From positions 16,120,001-16,184,000 of the forward strand of contig NC_043016.1 of NCBI RefSeq assembly GCF_006345805.1: 64,000 nt of DNA, read 5' to 3'. Made by a program: the position numbers and the translations under genes. Under the pieces are notes generated by a model. It did no database searches. It had not been told where the DNA came from and saw nothing but the letters and a program-made list of their open reading frames with translations. This document shows, piece after piece, positions 41,774-57,403 of this stretch. The DNA is from Octopus sinensis (taxonomy: Eukaryota). Positions within the stretch are counted from its first letter, which is position 1; every line of letters starts with the position of its first letter.

Positions 41774-42062
41774 CATCCATCCAGCTGTCTGCCTGCTGCT
41801 CTCTCTCTCTTTTTCTATATATACATATATATATATATGAAGCAAAGCTATCAATTATCTCACACTACACTATCTCCCCCCTCCCAACACCACTGTATAT
41901 TACACAACGCCCTCACTCTTCCCAATGCTAACCACCTCCTCTTCCCATCATCCATCATATGAACACAAAGTTATCAATTTTCTGATTCACTTTTTAACAC
42001 TGTAAACAGGAAGTTGGTTTAGTTTCATTTTAAATGGGCTGGGAGAGGAATGACAAATAAGG

Positions 42063-42093
<31 letters not shown>

Positions 42094-42319
42094 GAGGGAG
42101 AGAGAGAGAGGGAGAGAGAGAGAGAGAGGGAGAGGTATGGAAGAGAGAGAGAAAACACAAAGTGTATGCACGTGAGAATACAAGTGCCCACCCAATGTGA
42201 AAACATACCCTAACACCAGCCAACATATTCAGGATGGCTTACAAATCCCAGAGTAAAATTTACAAAAAGGATTAATCAAAAGACAGAAAATGGTCAAAAA
42301 TGACTTTGAAGGATTATAT

Positions 42320-42405
42320 GGTTGCCAAAGGGATCAGGTAAACATTATGGTTGCCAAAGGGATCAGGTAAACATTATGGTTGCCAAAGGGATCAGGTAAA
42401 CATTA
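42320..42405. repeat. 29-bp tandem repeat, about 3 copies
   Basis: attatggttgccaaagggatcaggtaaac repeated. Confidence 0.92.
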
Positions 42406-42701
42406 AATGTTTCAACTTCATCAATATAATGTAACTGAGTTCTTATTGTTCCTTTCCAGTTTTGATCTTGTTTTACTTCAGTCACTGGACTGTGGCCATG
42501 CTGGGGCACCACCATCAAGGGTTTAGTCAAACAAATCGATCCTGGTACTTATTTTCTCATTTTAAACCTCGTTCTTTTTTTGTTGAACTGCTAAGTTATG
42601 CATTTGCAAACAGACCATAACTGGTTATCAACCATTGGGGGGGAGGGGGCGAGGACCACACTCACAAATGGACAAAATTTCTTTAAATATTTCGTATTAA
42701 A

Positions 42702-43094
42702 AATGTCTTTGCAATTTGCAAATGTTCTTACCATTTCATGTGTGGTTTTGTCTCAGTTCTTCTAAGCTTCCTCATCTTTTCTTTTCTTACTTTTGTAATG
42801 TTCCATCTTGATTTTTAAGAACTGTTGCTTTAACCAAATGATTGGCAAAATTTGTATGTTGCTGACCCCCCCCCCCTCATAGAATCATCTACAACTTATT
42901 GAAGTTGTAGATGATTCTATGAGGGGGGGGGTCAGCAACATACAAATTTTGCCAATCATTGGTTAAAGCAACAGTTCTTAAAAATCAAGATGGAACATTA
43001 CAAAAGTAAGAAAAGAAAAGATGAGGAAGCTTAGAAGAACTGAGACAAAACCACACATGAAATGGTAAGAACATTTGCAAATTGCAAAGACATT
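42702..43094. repeat. Near-perfect 393-bp palindrome (196/193-bp arms, 4-nt loop ATTG)
   Basis: Arms differ only by a C11/G9 run and one A indel. Confidence 0.95.
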
Positions 43095-44749
43095 GTAAAG
43101 AAAAGAAGAAACAGCTGAAGTGAGCTTATTTTTGAAAACCAAAAAAAAAAAAAAAAGGATCAGAAGGGATAGAGACTGATTCAGGAAAAGAAAGTTAATG
43201 AATTTGAATACAAATAGAAGCAATACCTGAGTCACATGAATGCACCTGAGGAGCTGGCATCACAAAAACACACCTGTGCTGGTGCCACATAAAATGCATC
43301 TGATACACTCTGCAAAGTGGTTGGTTTTAGGGAGAGCATCCAACTATAGATGCCATACCAAAATAAGCAATTAGAGCCTGGTACCAGCCCCTGTCAAACC
43401 ATCCAACTGATGCCAGCATGGAAAGATGGATGTTAGATGATGATGATGATGATTATGTTGGAAAGATGGATGTTAAATGCAGTGCAAAGACAAAGGATAA
43501 AAGAGTTTTTGAAGCAACAGAAAAATAAATCCCAAGTCTAATTTATGTGACAGTAGCCAGGTGATAACTACCTGTTACCAGAGTGTGGCAACCAACTAGC
43601 TTTAAGACAGCATGTTAGTGCTAACATATATATACACACATATGTGCATGCACACACACAGTCAAAATGCTATTTTTAAGATAACGTGTTAGTGCTACAC
43701 ACACACACACTTTCAGAGCATCTGTTTGTTTGTGAGATCATGAATCAGAAGCTGAAAGTTGCTCCCCAAAGTGTAAGCCTGGGCAAAGGTTTTTTTTCCT
43801 TATATATTTTTTTGTCTGGAAAGTAGCCATTCCTGCAAGTCTCCACAAACCATATTACTAATATAGGCGTGGTTGTGTAATAAGAAACTTGCTTCCCATT
43901 CACATGATTCTGAGTTCAGTCCTGCTGTGTGGCACCTTAGGCAAGTGTTTTCTTGTATAGCCTTGTGCCAACCAAAGCCTTTTCAGTAGATTTGGTAGAT
44001 GGAAATTGAAAGAAGCCTGTTCTGTGTATGTGTGTGTATATACACACACACACACGTGACATGGTGAATTGGATTAGATGAAGTATTAAAGTGTTGGATT
44101 AAATAGATTGTGATATCTATTCCAGTTCTTTGGGTTCTGTAACAACATTGGTGCCTTACTTGTATCAGCTGTGAAGTGGTTGGCATTTGGAAGGACATCC
44201 AGTTGTAAAAGCTTGCCTGTGCTGGTGCCACATAGAAAGCACTCAGCCCACTCGGCAGGATGGTTGGCATTCAGCTGTAAAGGTCGTGCCAAAACAAACA
44301 GAAGTCTGCTACAGTCTTCAGTCTGGCAACCTCCTGATAAACCGTCCAACTGATGCCAGCAAGGAAAGCAGACATTAAATGATGATGATGATGAGATGTG
44401 TGTGTGTGTGTGTGTCCCCTTGTGTCTGTGTTTGTTTCCCACCACCACATGTCAACCGGTGTTGGTGTGCTTATGTCCCTGCATCTTAGTAGGTTAGCAA
44501 CAGAGACCAACAAAATGGTACTGAGGTTGATTCATTTGACTAAAAAACAATTCAAAGTGGTGCTCCAGCAAGGCCACAGTCTAACGACTGAAACAAGACA
44601 GAGATAAAAGAAAAATAACAGAATATTTCCAAATGAAAGACAATGGCTGACGCAAGTAAGGCACCAGTGTTGTTAGGGAACACCAAAACCTGGAAAAGAT
44701 ATCACATGGTATCTAATCCAATACTTTAATTTCTTTTTTATTGCCCACA

Positions 44750-44960
44750 AGGGGCTGAACATAGAGGGGACAAACAAGGACAAACAGATTAAGTCGATTA
44801 CATCGACCCCCAGTGCGTAACTGGTACTTAATTTATCGACCCCGAAAGGATGAAAGGCAAAGTCGACCTCGGCGGAATTTGAACTCAGAATGCAGCAGCG
44901 GACGAAATAACACAAAGCATTTCGCCCGGCTTGCTAACGTTTCTGCCAGCTTGCCGCCCT
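44750..44960 (-). mobile_element. SINE family C, near full length
   Basis: Reverse complement of the aaggcggcgagctggcagaa...gagttcaaattccgccgaggtcgactttgcctttcatcc consensus-like sequence. Confidence 0.85.
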
Positions 44961-45554
44961 AATCCAATACTTTAATATCTTATCTAATCCAATCCACTGT
45001 CCCGCACAAGTGTGCGTGTGTGTGTGTGTGTATTCTACGTAGCTGGTATTAGACTTAGGAAGGAAGCCAGTGCAGTAATTCGTGGAGATTGAGATGGAAG
45101 ATTCTTCAGCATGAGTTTGGTATAAACATGTCAGACAGAGATTAAAGCTGAGAGCAAAGAAGACAAAAAAAGAAAAAGAAAGAAAAAAATCTCAGCAAAA
45201 AATAATTGCAGCATGTTTTTGGAGTGGTTACAGCTGCATTCAGTTTGGTGCAGAGGCTGCATGGATGACAGGTGAGATGTGAAGTGGGGGTGGTGGTATG
45301 GGGGTGGGGGTTAACACGTGGCAGTGTGGGTCTAAAGAATCCAGGCATTTCCTGTCGGTATCAATGCTACTTGGAAGGAGAGATGTTGGTGGATGCAAAC
45401 GGTTGTGGTCTCCAGTGAACACTTGATAAAGGGAGTGTCTGGCAGCACAAGTTGCGTGTAGTCATTTACACAAACACACACATAAAACGTGGATGTTAAA
45501 TGATGATAATGAATATATATATATATATGTGCATAAATATTTTTAAATATATAC

Positions 45555-45960
45555 CAGGAGTGGCTGTGTGGTAAGTAGCTTGTTTACCAACCACATGGTT
45601 CTGATTTCAGTCCCACTGCGTGGCACCTTGGGCAAGTGTCTTCTATTATAGCCTCGGGCCGACCAAAGCCTTGTGAGTGGATTTGGTAGACGGAAACTGA
45701 AAGAAGCCTGTCGTATATATGTATATATATATATATATGCGTGTGTGTGTGTCTGTGTTTGTCCCCCTAGCATTACTTGACAACCGATGCTGGTGTGTTT
45801 ATGTCCCCGTTACTTAGCGGTTCGGCAAAAAGAGACCGATAGAATAAGTACAGGGCTTACAAAAAGAATAAGTCCCGGGGTCGAGTTGCTCGATTAAAGG
45901 CGGTGCTCCAGCATGGCCGCAGTCAAATGACTGAAACAAGTAAAAGAATAAAAAGAATGC
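45555..45960 (+). mobile_element. SINE family B, young full-length copy
   Basis: ggagtggctgtgtggtaagtagc...gcgtggcaccttgggcaagtgtcttc...ggcggtgctccagcatggccgcagtcaaatgactgaaac. Confidence 0.88.
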
Positions 45961-47399
45961 AAATATATATAACTCACTGCTGGCATGGTTAAGAAGTTTA
46001 ATTCTCAACCACATGGTTCTAGGTTCAGTCCCATGGCATGACACCTTGGGAAAATGTCTTCAACTATAGACCAGGGCTGACCAAAGCCTCATAAGAGGAT
46101 TTGGTAGAAGGAAACTGAAAGGAGGCCCTCAAGTAAATATACTTGTGTGTATGAGTGTCTGTATGTGTGTGTGGGTATATGTGTTTTCTTGATCCTTAAG
46201 AACAAGAAGCAGGGTTCCCACCTAATTTTTGTGTACCAAATTCTACTTGCATGGAATTGGTCAATTATATAATAAGACACGTTAACAGAGGGCGATGTGC
46301 AATGGGATCCAACCATAACAGAATGACTGCCAAGTGAATTACAAATCCCACATCCTGGGTCCACTTTCCCAGAGAATGGTGAGGAATAACCTGGAATAAC
46401 TTCATCCAGACCAAACAATAATGCAATGTTTTCTCAATTCTTAACGGAAACCAGTTCACTTAACCTGCATCACATTTCACATTCTTGATGACCTCTAATA
46501 AATTACAGAACCTTTGTACTTGGAGGGGCAAGTATACAGGGAAAGAAATAAACTTATCTCTTAGCTTTGGCATCGGTCAATTTATGCTAGAGTATGAAGT
46601 TGATCAAATTGGTTAAAATTTATTATTGGTACTCATTTCACTGTTAAGTCTTAGAGTTCAGACTTAGAGAGAGTGAGTGAGGGGGGATGAGAAGCAGAAT
46701 AAAGGAACACAGGGATTTGTGTGTAAAAGTGCTCAGTTTGCTGCAAAAGTGCATTGAGTGTTTTCTACTAAAAATGAAGATTCCATGTTCTACAGATAAT
46801 CCTTGCATAAATTAATTTTTCTGGTGGGTTTTCTAAGAAAATTCCAAGACATTTTACTTACTTTTTTTACAAAAGTTTACTTTTACTTTGTCAAATCCTG
46901 CAGTCTGTGGGAATACTGATACCATGATGTACTTTCAGTTTTGGGTTGGAAGTTTTTCATTCAAGAGAAAACTAACCTTTACCACTGAATGGTTGCTAGT
47001 TAACCAAAGAAAAAAAAAATCTTCCTCAAATCACATCAAACAACAGTCTTAAAATAGTGAGACATGGGATAATCTAAACTGAGACACTGAGCTTAGTTTA
47101 TTCCATGACTGCAGACATGATGGTCAAAGCTGGAACCCTGTGATCAAAATGTCTGTTCAGTGTGCACTGACTTAGGATTAAGACAACAATTTAGAAGCCA
47201 AATTTAGAACTTTCCAACCACAACCGAATCATCTCAAAAAGAGAAGGGACAGTTTGGCTAATATAGTAAAAGATATATTATATCTGAACCAAAAGGCATG
47301 TCACTCACGGTTGGAACGTCTTTGATTGCAAGTCTACTGGATCAGAACTGAGCTGGCCATAAACAACTCCCATTTCAGCTATCTCTTTCTACAATCAAC

Positions 47400-47657
47400 C
47401 TGTTTACCATATTAAAGACCTGTGTGCCGAACAACCAAATTACAGGCTTCCATTTTATGGTTGAAACCAATAAATTGATAGCGTTCCCCGGGGACATCGT
47501 CCACGTCCCATTTCTTTGGAGCATTCCATCTTAAGGCAATTAATGATTATATATACATAAACACGCACAGCACATGCGTGCGTTTATATATATATTATAT
47601 ATATATAATATACACACCACACACAATATACGTATGTGTGTTATAATTATATATATA

Positions 47658-47704
<47 letters not shown>

Positions 47705-48376
47705 ATTTATTGTTTACAAGTGAAAAGAGAGCAATGGTCATTTCGTTGAACGGAATTTTACCCTGAGTGGGGTCGGTTGAGTCGAGGGAATCTCACACAC
47801 ACACGAAAACACAAGAAAATTATAGTCACAGTTCTGTCTTGGAAATAATTAACGATACCGGAAATGAATGCCCTATTTCATTTTGATGCTATAAATAATG
47901 GTTAAATTATATTTTATTTAAAGTCACTTATTATTGCATTACACACAATGATAATACAATTTATATAATGATACCTCTATAAAAAAAAAAAAACCCTTCT
48001 CTTGTGATATCCCCACCCCTTAATTCTTCATTGTATCTCGTATCAAAGACTAACTTATCTAATCCCAAATCTTCCACCTTCCTCTACTGCATAAGGTTTC
48101 ATGAACGGGTGTGAAAACAGGGGGACATATACAAAAGCATATATGAGCAACCGGGCACACGGTTATATAAACATACGCACGCTACCCAGAAATTAATTTT
48201 AATTTTGTTTGTTTTTCTAGAAAGGAAAAAAAAAAGCTTTAAAAAATTGATGAAAAACCTGAACCGGGAGCTGGAGTTTATTTCCAGACGGAGGTATATC
48301 TAAATAATTGCTTCTAAAACAAAGCTAGTGCGCATCTGTCAATATATTTACACACACATACACAAATATATATATA

Positions 48377-48423
<47 letters not shown>

Positions 48424-49201
48424 ATGAATTACCATTATATTTGTCTACCCCGACTGAGAAGCAGGTGTTGCTAATATGTACGCATTCGGTTCCGACCGAA
48501 TTCAGTTTCCCATCCGACAGGACTAAAAAATATTCTTTCGCATATTGTATCAAATGCATTATTAAACGTTATAGATTTTTAAATACGCAACTGTTGTAAA
48601 TTTCCCCAACCAAACAAGAAGCAATGTAAGAAAAAGGTATTTTCTCGAAAGACAAATAAAATATACAGCGTGTGTATAGTGTGTGTGTGTGTGTATTCGT
48701 CTATATATCTGCATGAAAGTGTGTAGCACATGCACTATACGCGCGCGTGTATGTATCTGTGACAACCTGTGTTTATAGCGTGCAACTTTCACTTTAGCAA
48801 AATACGTAAATAGACACTCCTCTTTGTGTGTGTATGTGTACACACACATACACACACACACACATACACACACACACACACATACATACACACACTGCTT
48901 TAATAATTGCCAAATCAGTTCAATAGGTACAGAGGCAAATAAAGGCATTTCGAATGCGAATTATTATTTTTGTTATTGTAGACATGTGCAAGACAGATAA
49001 AAGGTGGAAGTCACCGAAAATGAATGCAAGGAACCAGTTGGTGGCCAGGGAACCATTCCTAGTTCCTTTTGAATAACAAAATAACAACAAACAAAATAAT
49101 TGAGGAATTATAATTAAAAAATAGACGTAATAAAACAAAATTATTTAATTCTTCGTTTTAATTTTAAAATTTCGTTTTTTCTTATTTTACACGTGATAGT
49201 G

Positions 49202-49244
<43 letters not shown>

Positions 49245-49772
49245 TGTGTATGTGTGTTTGTGTGTATACACACACCTTGTAGCTTACCTTCAGAGTCTTT
49301 GTAAGAATGCATTCATCATCCAATGAAAATGGGTCCTTAACGTAAAAAGTCATAATTCTTATTTCGTTATAAATATTTTAATAATAATATTGCTATTATT
49401 ATTTGTTTTGTTTTGTAACTGTGTATTATATGTGTGTGTGTGTTTTATCTACAGAGACGTTGACACAGTAAAAAAAAATTGTATGGAAAAAAATGACAAC
49501 AATCGTAACTCAGGTCGTGTTCCCGTACATGCTTTGCTTTCGGTGAGGAAAAGCTCTGGCAATCTCTGGCACTCTTTTTATATGACCAACACCACTCTCT
49601 CTCTTTCTTTTTACCCTCTCTCTCTCTACCCCCTCTCTCTCTCTCTCTCCCTCTCGTTTTTCACTCTTACTACTACTGCTGCCGCTGCCACTACTTCCAA
49701 CCACCTTGCTGAAAGAACAGATCAATATATTGGGTGGGTTTATTGGATGATGGAGAAGGAGGAGGGGAAGAA

Positions 49773-49804
<32 letters not shown>

Positions 49805-50079
49805 AATTTATGAATAAGATTTAAAGAAAAACGAAAAAAAAATAAAAAAAGAATGATGGAATTTTTTTTTAATTATTACCATTAAATACAAAAATAACGC
49901 AGCAGAAAATTAAGGAAGAATTTGTAAAAGACAAGGAAGGAAGGAGCAGAGTGTTGTGTCGTGATAGTTATTTGATACTTCTTCCGCTTTCAGCCATAGC
50001 CGCCGTGTTGGTGATGGTGGTGGTGATGATGGTGATGATGATGACGATGGGGTGGTGGTGGTGGTGGTGGTGGTGGTGG

Positions 50080-50113
<34 letters not shown>

Positions 50114-50346
50114 GGGGTGGTGGTGGTGTTTAATTCCCCATCCCCACCGCAGACAAGTCCTGACTGGGTTGTCCAATGATCAAATGCCTTCCAACCGTGA
50201 CCATCCTAATCTTTTGAATATACACTTGTTTATTGTGCCGTTTATAAAGTGTAATATGAAGGAATTTGGCTTCTGTTTCTAGCGCATAGTTCCCGTTGAA
50301 TGATGTTGGTCATTGATCACCGATATCACCACCACCACCACCACTG

Positions 50347-50387
<41 letters not shown>

Positions 50388-50750
50388 GCTACTACTGCTA
50401 CTGCTGCTGCTACCGTTATTTACCGGCGATCGATGATTCTTTTTATTGCTTGGTCACTTCGGACACCAGCCAGACAGACACTGTGTTTAGGATAATGAGG
50501 GAGGCGGTAATATCTTGGACGATGGTCACGATTCTGACGGCGATGACAAAGATGACAACCGTGATGATAATGATGATGATGATGGTCATGATGATGATGG
50601 TCGCTTTGGTGGTGGTGGCGGCGGCGGCGAATTGGTTCTGGTTGCGATGATGATGATGATGATGATGGAGATGGTGGTGGTGGTGGTGGTGATGGTGGTC
50701 TCTTATGCAGGACGTTAAGACTTGGAATTGTTTTATTTTACTAAAGGAGA
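47400..50750. promoter_or_regulatory. CpG-retaining, TE-poor region around the PPP4R4-like 5' end (putative promoter / 5' exons)
   Basis: Visibly more CpG than the flanks, few SINE/LINE insertions, and it contains the ATG exon. Judged by eye. Confidence 0.45.
49288..49353 (-). CDS. PPP4R4: PPP4R4-like first coding exon
   Basis: ATG...MTFYVKDPFSLDDECILTKTLK|gtaagc, phase 0. Joins in frame to 12745-12818 to give TLK-SNEELESL, parallel to human RSLK-TPEEIERL. Sequence similarity itself is weak. Confidence 0.6.
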
Positions 50751-51097
50751 AATGCTACTAAATGGCAATCATGGGTGGAATGGGGGGGGGATAAAACAAT
50801 GACCATTATTCGAACTAGACTTTGCCTTTCATCCTTTCGGGGTCGATAAATCAAGTAGCAATGAAACAATGAGGTCGATGTAATCGACACGTTCCCTCCC
50901 CTCAAATTTCAGGCCTATAATAGAAAGGATTATTCGGGGCCAGTGTTACCTTTTATCACCCTGCTATTGGGAGGGGGTTCTGTATCGAAAACTGACCCCC
51001 ACCCCTCAAAATGACTGGCCTTGTGTTCAAGTCAGCAACCATTAATATTGTTGCATGCTTATAAATACCACAGGAACAACACAGACACACATGTCTG

Positions 51098-51196
<99 letters not shown>

Positions 51197-51209
51197 GTCT
51201 GTCTGCCTA

Positions 51210-51247
<38 letters not shown>

Positions 51248-51329
51248 TGTCTGTCTGTCTGTCTGTCTGTCTGCCTGACTATCCCTATCAACGTATATAT
51301 AGACATGTATATAGACATATATATAGACA

Positions 51330-51740
51330 GGTGTGGCTGAGTGGTAAGTAGCTTGCTCACCAACCACATGGTTCCGGGTTCGGTCCGACTGCGTGGCACC
51401 TTGGGCAAGTGTCTCCTACTATAGCCTCGAGCGAACCAAAGCCTTGAGAGTGGATTTGGTAGACGGAAACTGAAAGAAGCCCGTCATATATTTATATGTG
51501 TGTGTATGCGTGTGTGTGTGCGTGTGCGTACGTGTCTATGCTTGTGTTTGTATGTTTGTGTTTGTCCCCCCACCATCGTTTGACAACCGATGTAGGTGTG
51601 TTTACATCCCCGTAACGTAGCGGTTCGGCAAAAAATAGAATAAGTACTAGACTTACAAAGAATAAGTTCTGTTCGACTTAAAGCGGTGCTCCAGCATGGC
51701 CGCAGTCAAATGGCTGACACCAGTAAAAGAATAAAAGAAT
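51330..51740 (+). mobile_element. SINE family B copy
   Basis: Family head and tail both present. Confidence 0.85.
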
Positions 51741-52348
51741 ATATATATATATACATATATACACACACAAACATATATTATAGGCTGGTCCAATATATAT
51801 ACACACACTCACACACACATATATTATAGGCCGGTCCAGTATATATATATATATACACACACACACACAAGCACCTATATATATATAGGCCGGTCCGGTG
51901 GCCTATTACTCTGTAGTTCCGACAATGTAAACCTCGTTCTCTACAGATGCAAACACGATATATACAAGTGTGTGTGTGTGTATAGGAGACGAAAGAAGGC
52001 AATCATTTAAAGGGCGTGGTGTACATGCGACCACACACACACACACACACACACACGCACCGCCACTTACACTCAATCACTGCTGCACTCACTCTGAACG
52101 CTAAACTCCTCTACAATCTATCAATGAACGGTGCAGATTAATAAATAGCGTCACTCTAAAACACCGTGCCTAGCCTCTCTCTCTACCTGCCTCTCTCTCT
52201 CTCTCATCAGACTCTTCCTGATGATGATATCATCTCTTTTTTCGGTTTCCATATGATTTCTCTATTAGTTAGGCGGCTGCCTTAACATTTCTCTCTCTCT
52301 CTTTGTCTCTTCCTCACTCTGTATCTCTTTCTCACTCGCTCATTGCCC

Positions 52349-52382
<34 letters not shown>

Positions 52383-52469
52383 CTATTTTATCTCTTTCTC
52401 TATATACCTACCTGTTTGTTTATTACACTGCTTAACTAACTTATCAAACTACATATTTTTCGTGTATTT

Positions 52470-52905
<436 letters not shown>

Positions 52906-52978
52906 CACACACAAACAGAGAGTTCTACCCTCATGCATTCCTGCTTGCATGCATACATACAGATTGAAAAGATCCCTC

Positions 52979-53013
<35 letters not shown>

Positions 53014-53015
<2 letters not shown>

Positions 53016-53200
53016 GCTTTATTAAAAAGCAGCAAAAATATCACAAAAACCGTTACTCAGAGTTTTACTCTCCCGTTCATCGGACGGGAACGTAAAACTC
53101 TGAGTAACGGTTTTTGTGGTATTTTTGCTGCTTTTTAATGAAGCATATTACTCTACCTCTGGTATTTGAGTACTATTTTTCCCACCTTGTTTCACATTTA
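53014..53200. mobile_element. Penelope pLTR-like relic folded into a ~130-bp palindrome around a degenerate hammerhead core
   Basis: Arms 53014-53068 and 53092-53146 with 2 mismatches, plus an inner tcccgt/acggga stem. Confidence 0.6.
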
Positions 53201-53699
53201 TGCGTATACCCCGGTGTATACTTATATACAGAGATATCATAGATACACATACTCATACGTACATAAATTGACGTCCACACACCTGATCATCCAACCATCC
53301 ACAGATAGAAATACACAAACACGCACAAACACACAAACATATACATATGGACCATATACACACACGCCAGTCTATTTTATTACAGTTCTAAGTGCATTTG
53401 TCTCTCCATACATTCGTTTCTTTGGTAACTGGTGTCGATACAAAAAAGACCATCCTGTTTTATGCGGTGTTACATATTTATTATAGCCAGCAGCAGCAGC
53501 AGAAGAAGCAGCAGCAGCAGAAGCAGCAGCAGCCTACAGTCAACAACTGAACTTCCGTCCTGTGCACGCTTTCCATTTCTGGTGCCATTCATACAACCTC
53601 GGTTCCATTTCTTTTAGAAGCAACGGCTGCGACGTGTTGTCACAAAAAAACATGTCGTATAGGGGTGAGATTGCGTGTGTACATGTGTGACAGTGAGAG

Positions 53700-55825
<2,126 letters not shown>

Positions 55826-56049
55826 CGAGTAGGGGAGAGAAAATTTGAAAGAGAGGAAAAGAAGGATCCAGTACTTTACTGGTAATTCATTTTATCCTGT
55901 CACCACCACCACCAACTCTACCACCTCCACCACCACGATTGAAGTAAACAAGTTGCCCTCAGCAAGATTTGAACTTAGATTGGAAACGGCTAAAACGAAC
56001 AATTGGTTTCAAATTTTGGTACAAGGCCGGCAATTTCAAGGAAAGAAAG

Positions 56050-56215
56050 TAAGTTGATTACATCAACCTCCAGTGTTCAACTTTTTAACCGACCCCCTAA
56101 AAGGATAAAAGGCAAAGTCGACCTCGGCGGAATTTGAACTCAGAACATAAAGACGGACGAAATGCAACTACGCATTTTGCCCGGTGCGCTAACGATTCTG
56201 CCAAACTAGCCGCAT
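56050..56215 (-). mobile_element. SINE family C copy
   Basis: ggataaaaggcaaagtcgacctcggcggaatttgaactcagaac on plus. Confidence 0.82.
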
Positions 56216-56717
56216 TAAACCAGAAACAAACTGGCAGCCTCACATGCACGCACACACACACATACATACTCATATGCATAATGATATAATAATAGCGGTG
56301 GTGGTGGTGGTGGTGGTGGTGGTAGTGGTGGTGGTGGTGGTGGTGGTGTTGGTGGTGGTGCTGGGTGGTGGTGCTGGTGGTGGTGGTGACGACGTCGTCT
56401 TCCGTATTACCTTCGGACGTTTGCGAAGACTCGCAATAATTTTATTTCGCTTTCCTTTTATATATATTTAAGGAAGTTGCTATAGCGTGGCAACCATGCA
56501 TGAAATGGGTATCCAATGTAATCCGAAGATGTAATCCACTGATGATAATCCAATGGCAATTCCAGGTGGCATTCCGATGGTGTAACAATTAGACGTATCA
56601 GGGTGGAAAAGGTGGCGGGTGTGAGAAGCGCGTGATGACATTTCTATTTCAAACTCTCCCAGCAAGGAAAAAAAAATTATGAAATATTTATTGTTGCTCT
56701 TGTGTTATTTTCATCAC

Positions 56718-56752
<35 letters not shown>

Positions 56753-56814
56753 ATCTGTCTGTCTGTCTGTCTGTCTGCTTCTTTACTTACATACGCGCGT
56801 GTGCACACACACCC

Positions 56815-57319
56815 ACTTCGAAATACTGTTGAAAGCCGTGTACAACAACTGAAAGGATAAATTACAAATACGGAAGAATTTATTCCATCATACAACTGCA
56901 ATCCCAGAATCTTTAGGATTTCGGGCACGTAGGAAAAAGTTGCTATCCTTCATCTGGAAAACGCCAAGGTTCACAGAAAAAGAAACGAATCAAGCCTCGC
57001 AGCGGAAGACAGACGAGGCATCAGAAATGTTTTCGGACTGAAAACGGAGAAGAGGAAGACAAAGATCTAATACAAAAAAAAAAAAAAACCCAGAACAAAG
57101 AAATACGGAGGAGGGTGAAGCAAGGGTGCTTTTCAACTTAAGACAATGGAAATACTGGCGTAGATCGAAATTGAATATACGACGGTTGTACGAATGCACT
57201 GAGGAAGATATGAGACATGTTTTGTCAATGTGAGACAAAAGGCTGACAGAAAGGAATGTTGGATGTCAGCAGAAACAGGTGGCAAGAAAGGAAGAGAGGG
57301 GATGAAAGATAGTGTGAGA

Positions 57320-57364
<45 letters not shown>

Positions 57365-57365
57365 C

Positions 57366-57403
<38 letters not shown>

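Noticed and set aside
46265-46459. Minus frame VNWFPLRIEKTLHYCLVW...LLWLDPIAHRPLL
   Set aside because: Protein-like but with no good donor before the stop; it competes with a plus-strand candidate at the same place and cannot be resolved.
50300-50718. Poly-H/Y/T/D/G ORFs
   Set aside because: Trinucleotide microsatellite mosaics.
53470-53665. Plus frame PAAAAEEAAAA...MSYR with a gtgaga donor
   Set aside because: The opening is a (CAG)n microsatellite and the remainder is unrecognised; insufficient support.
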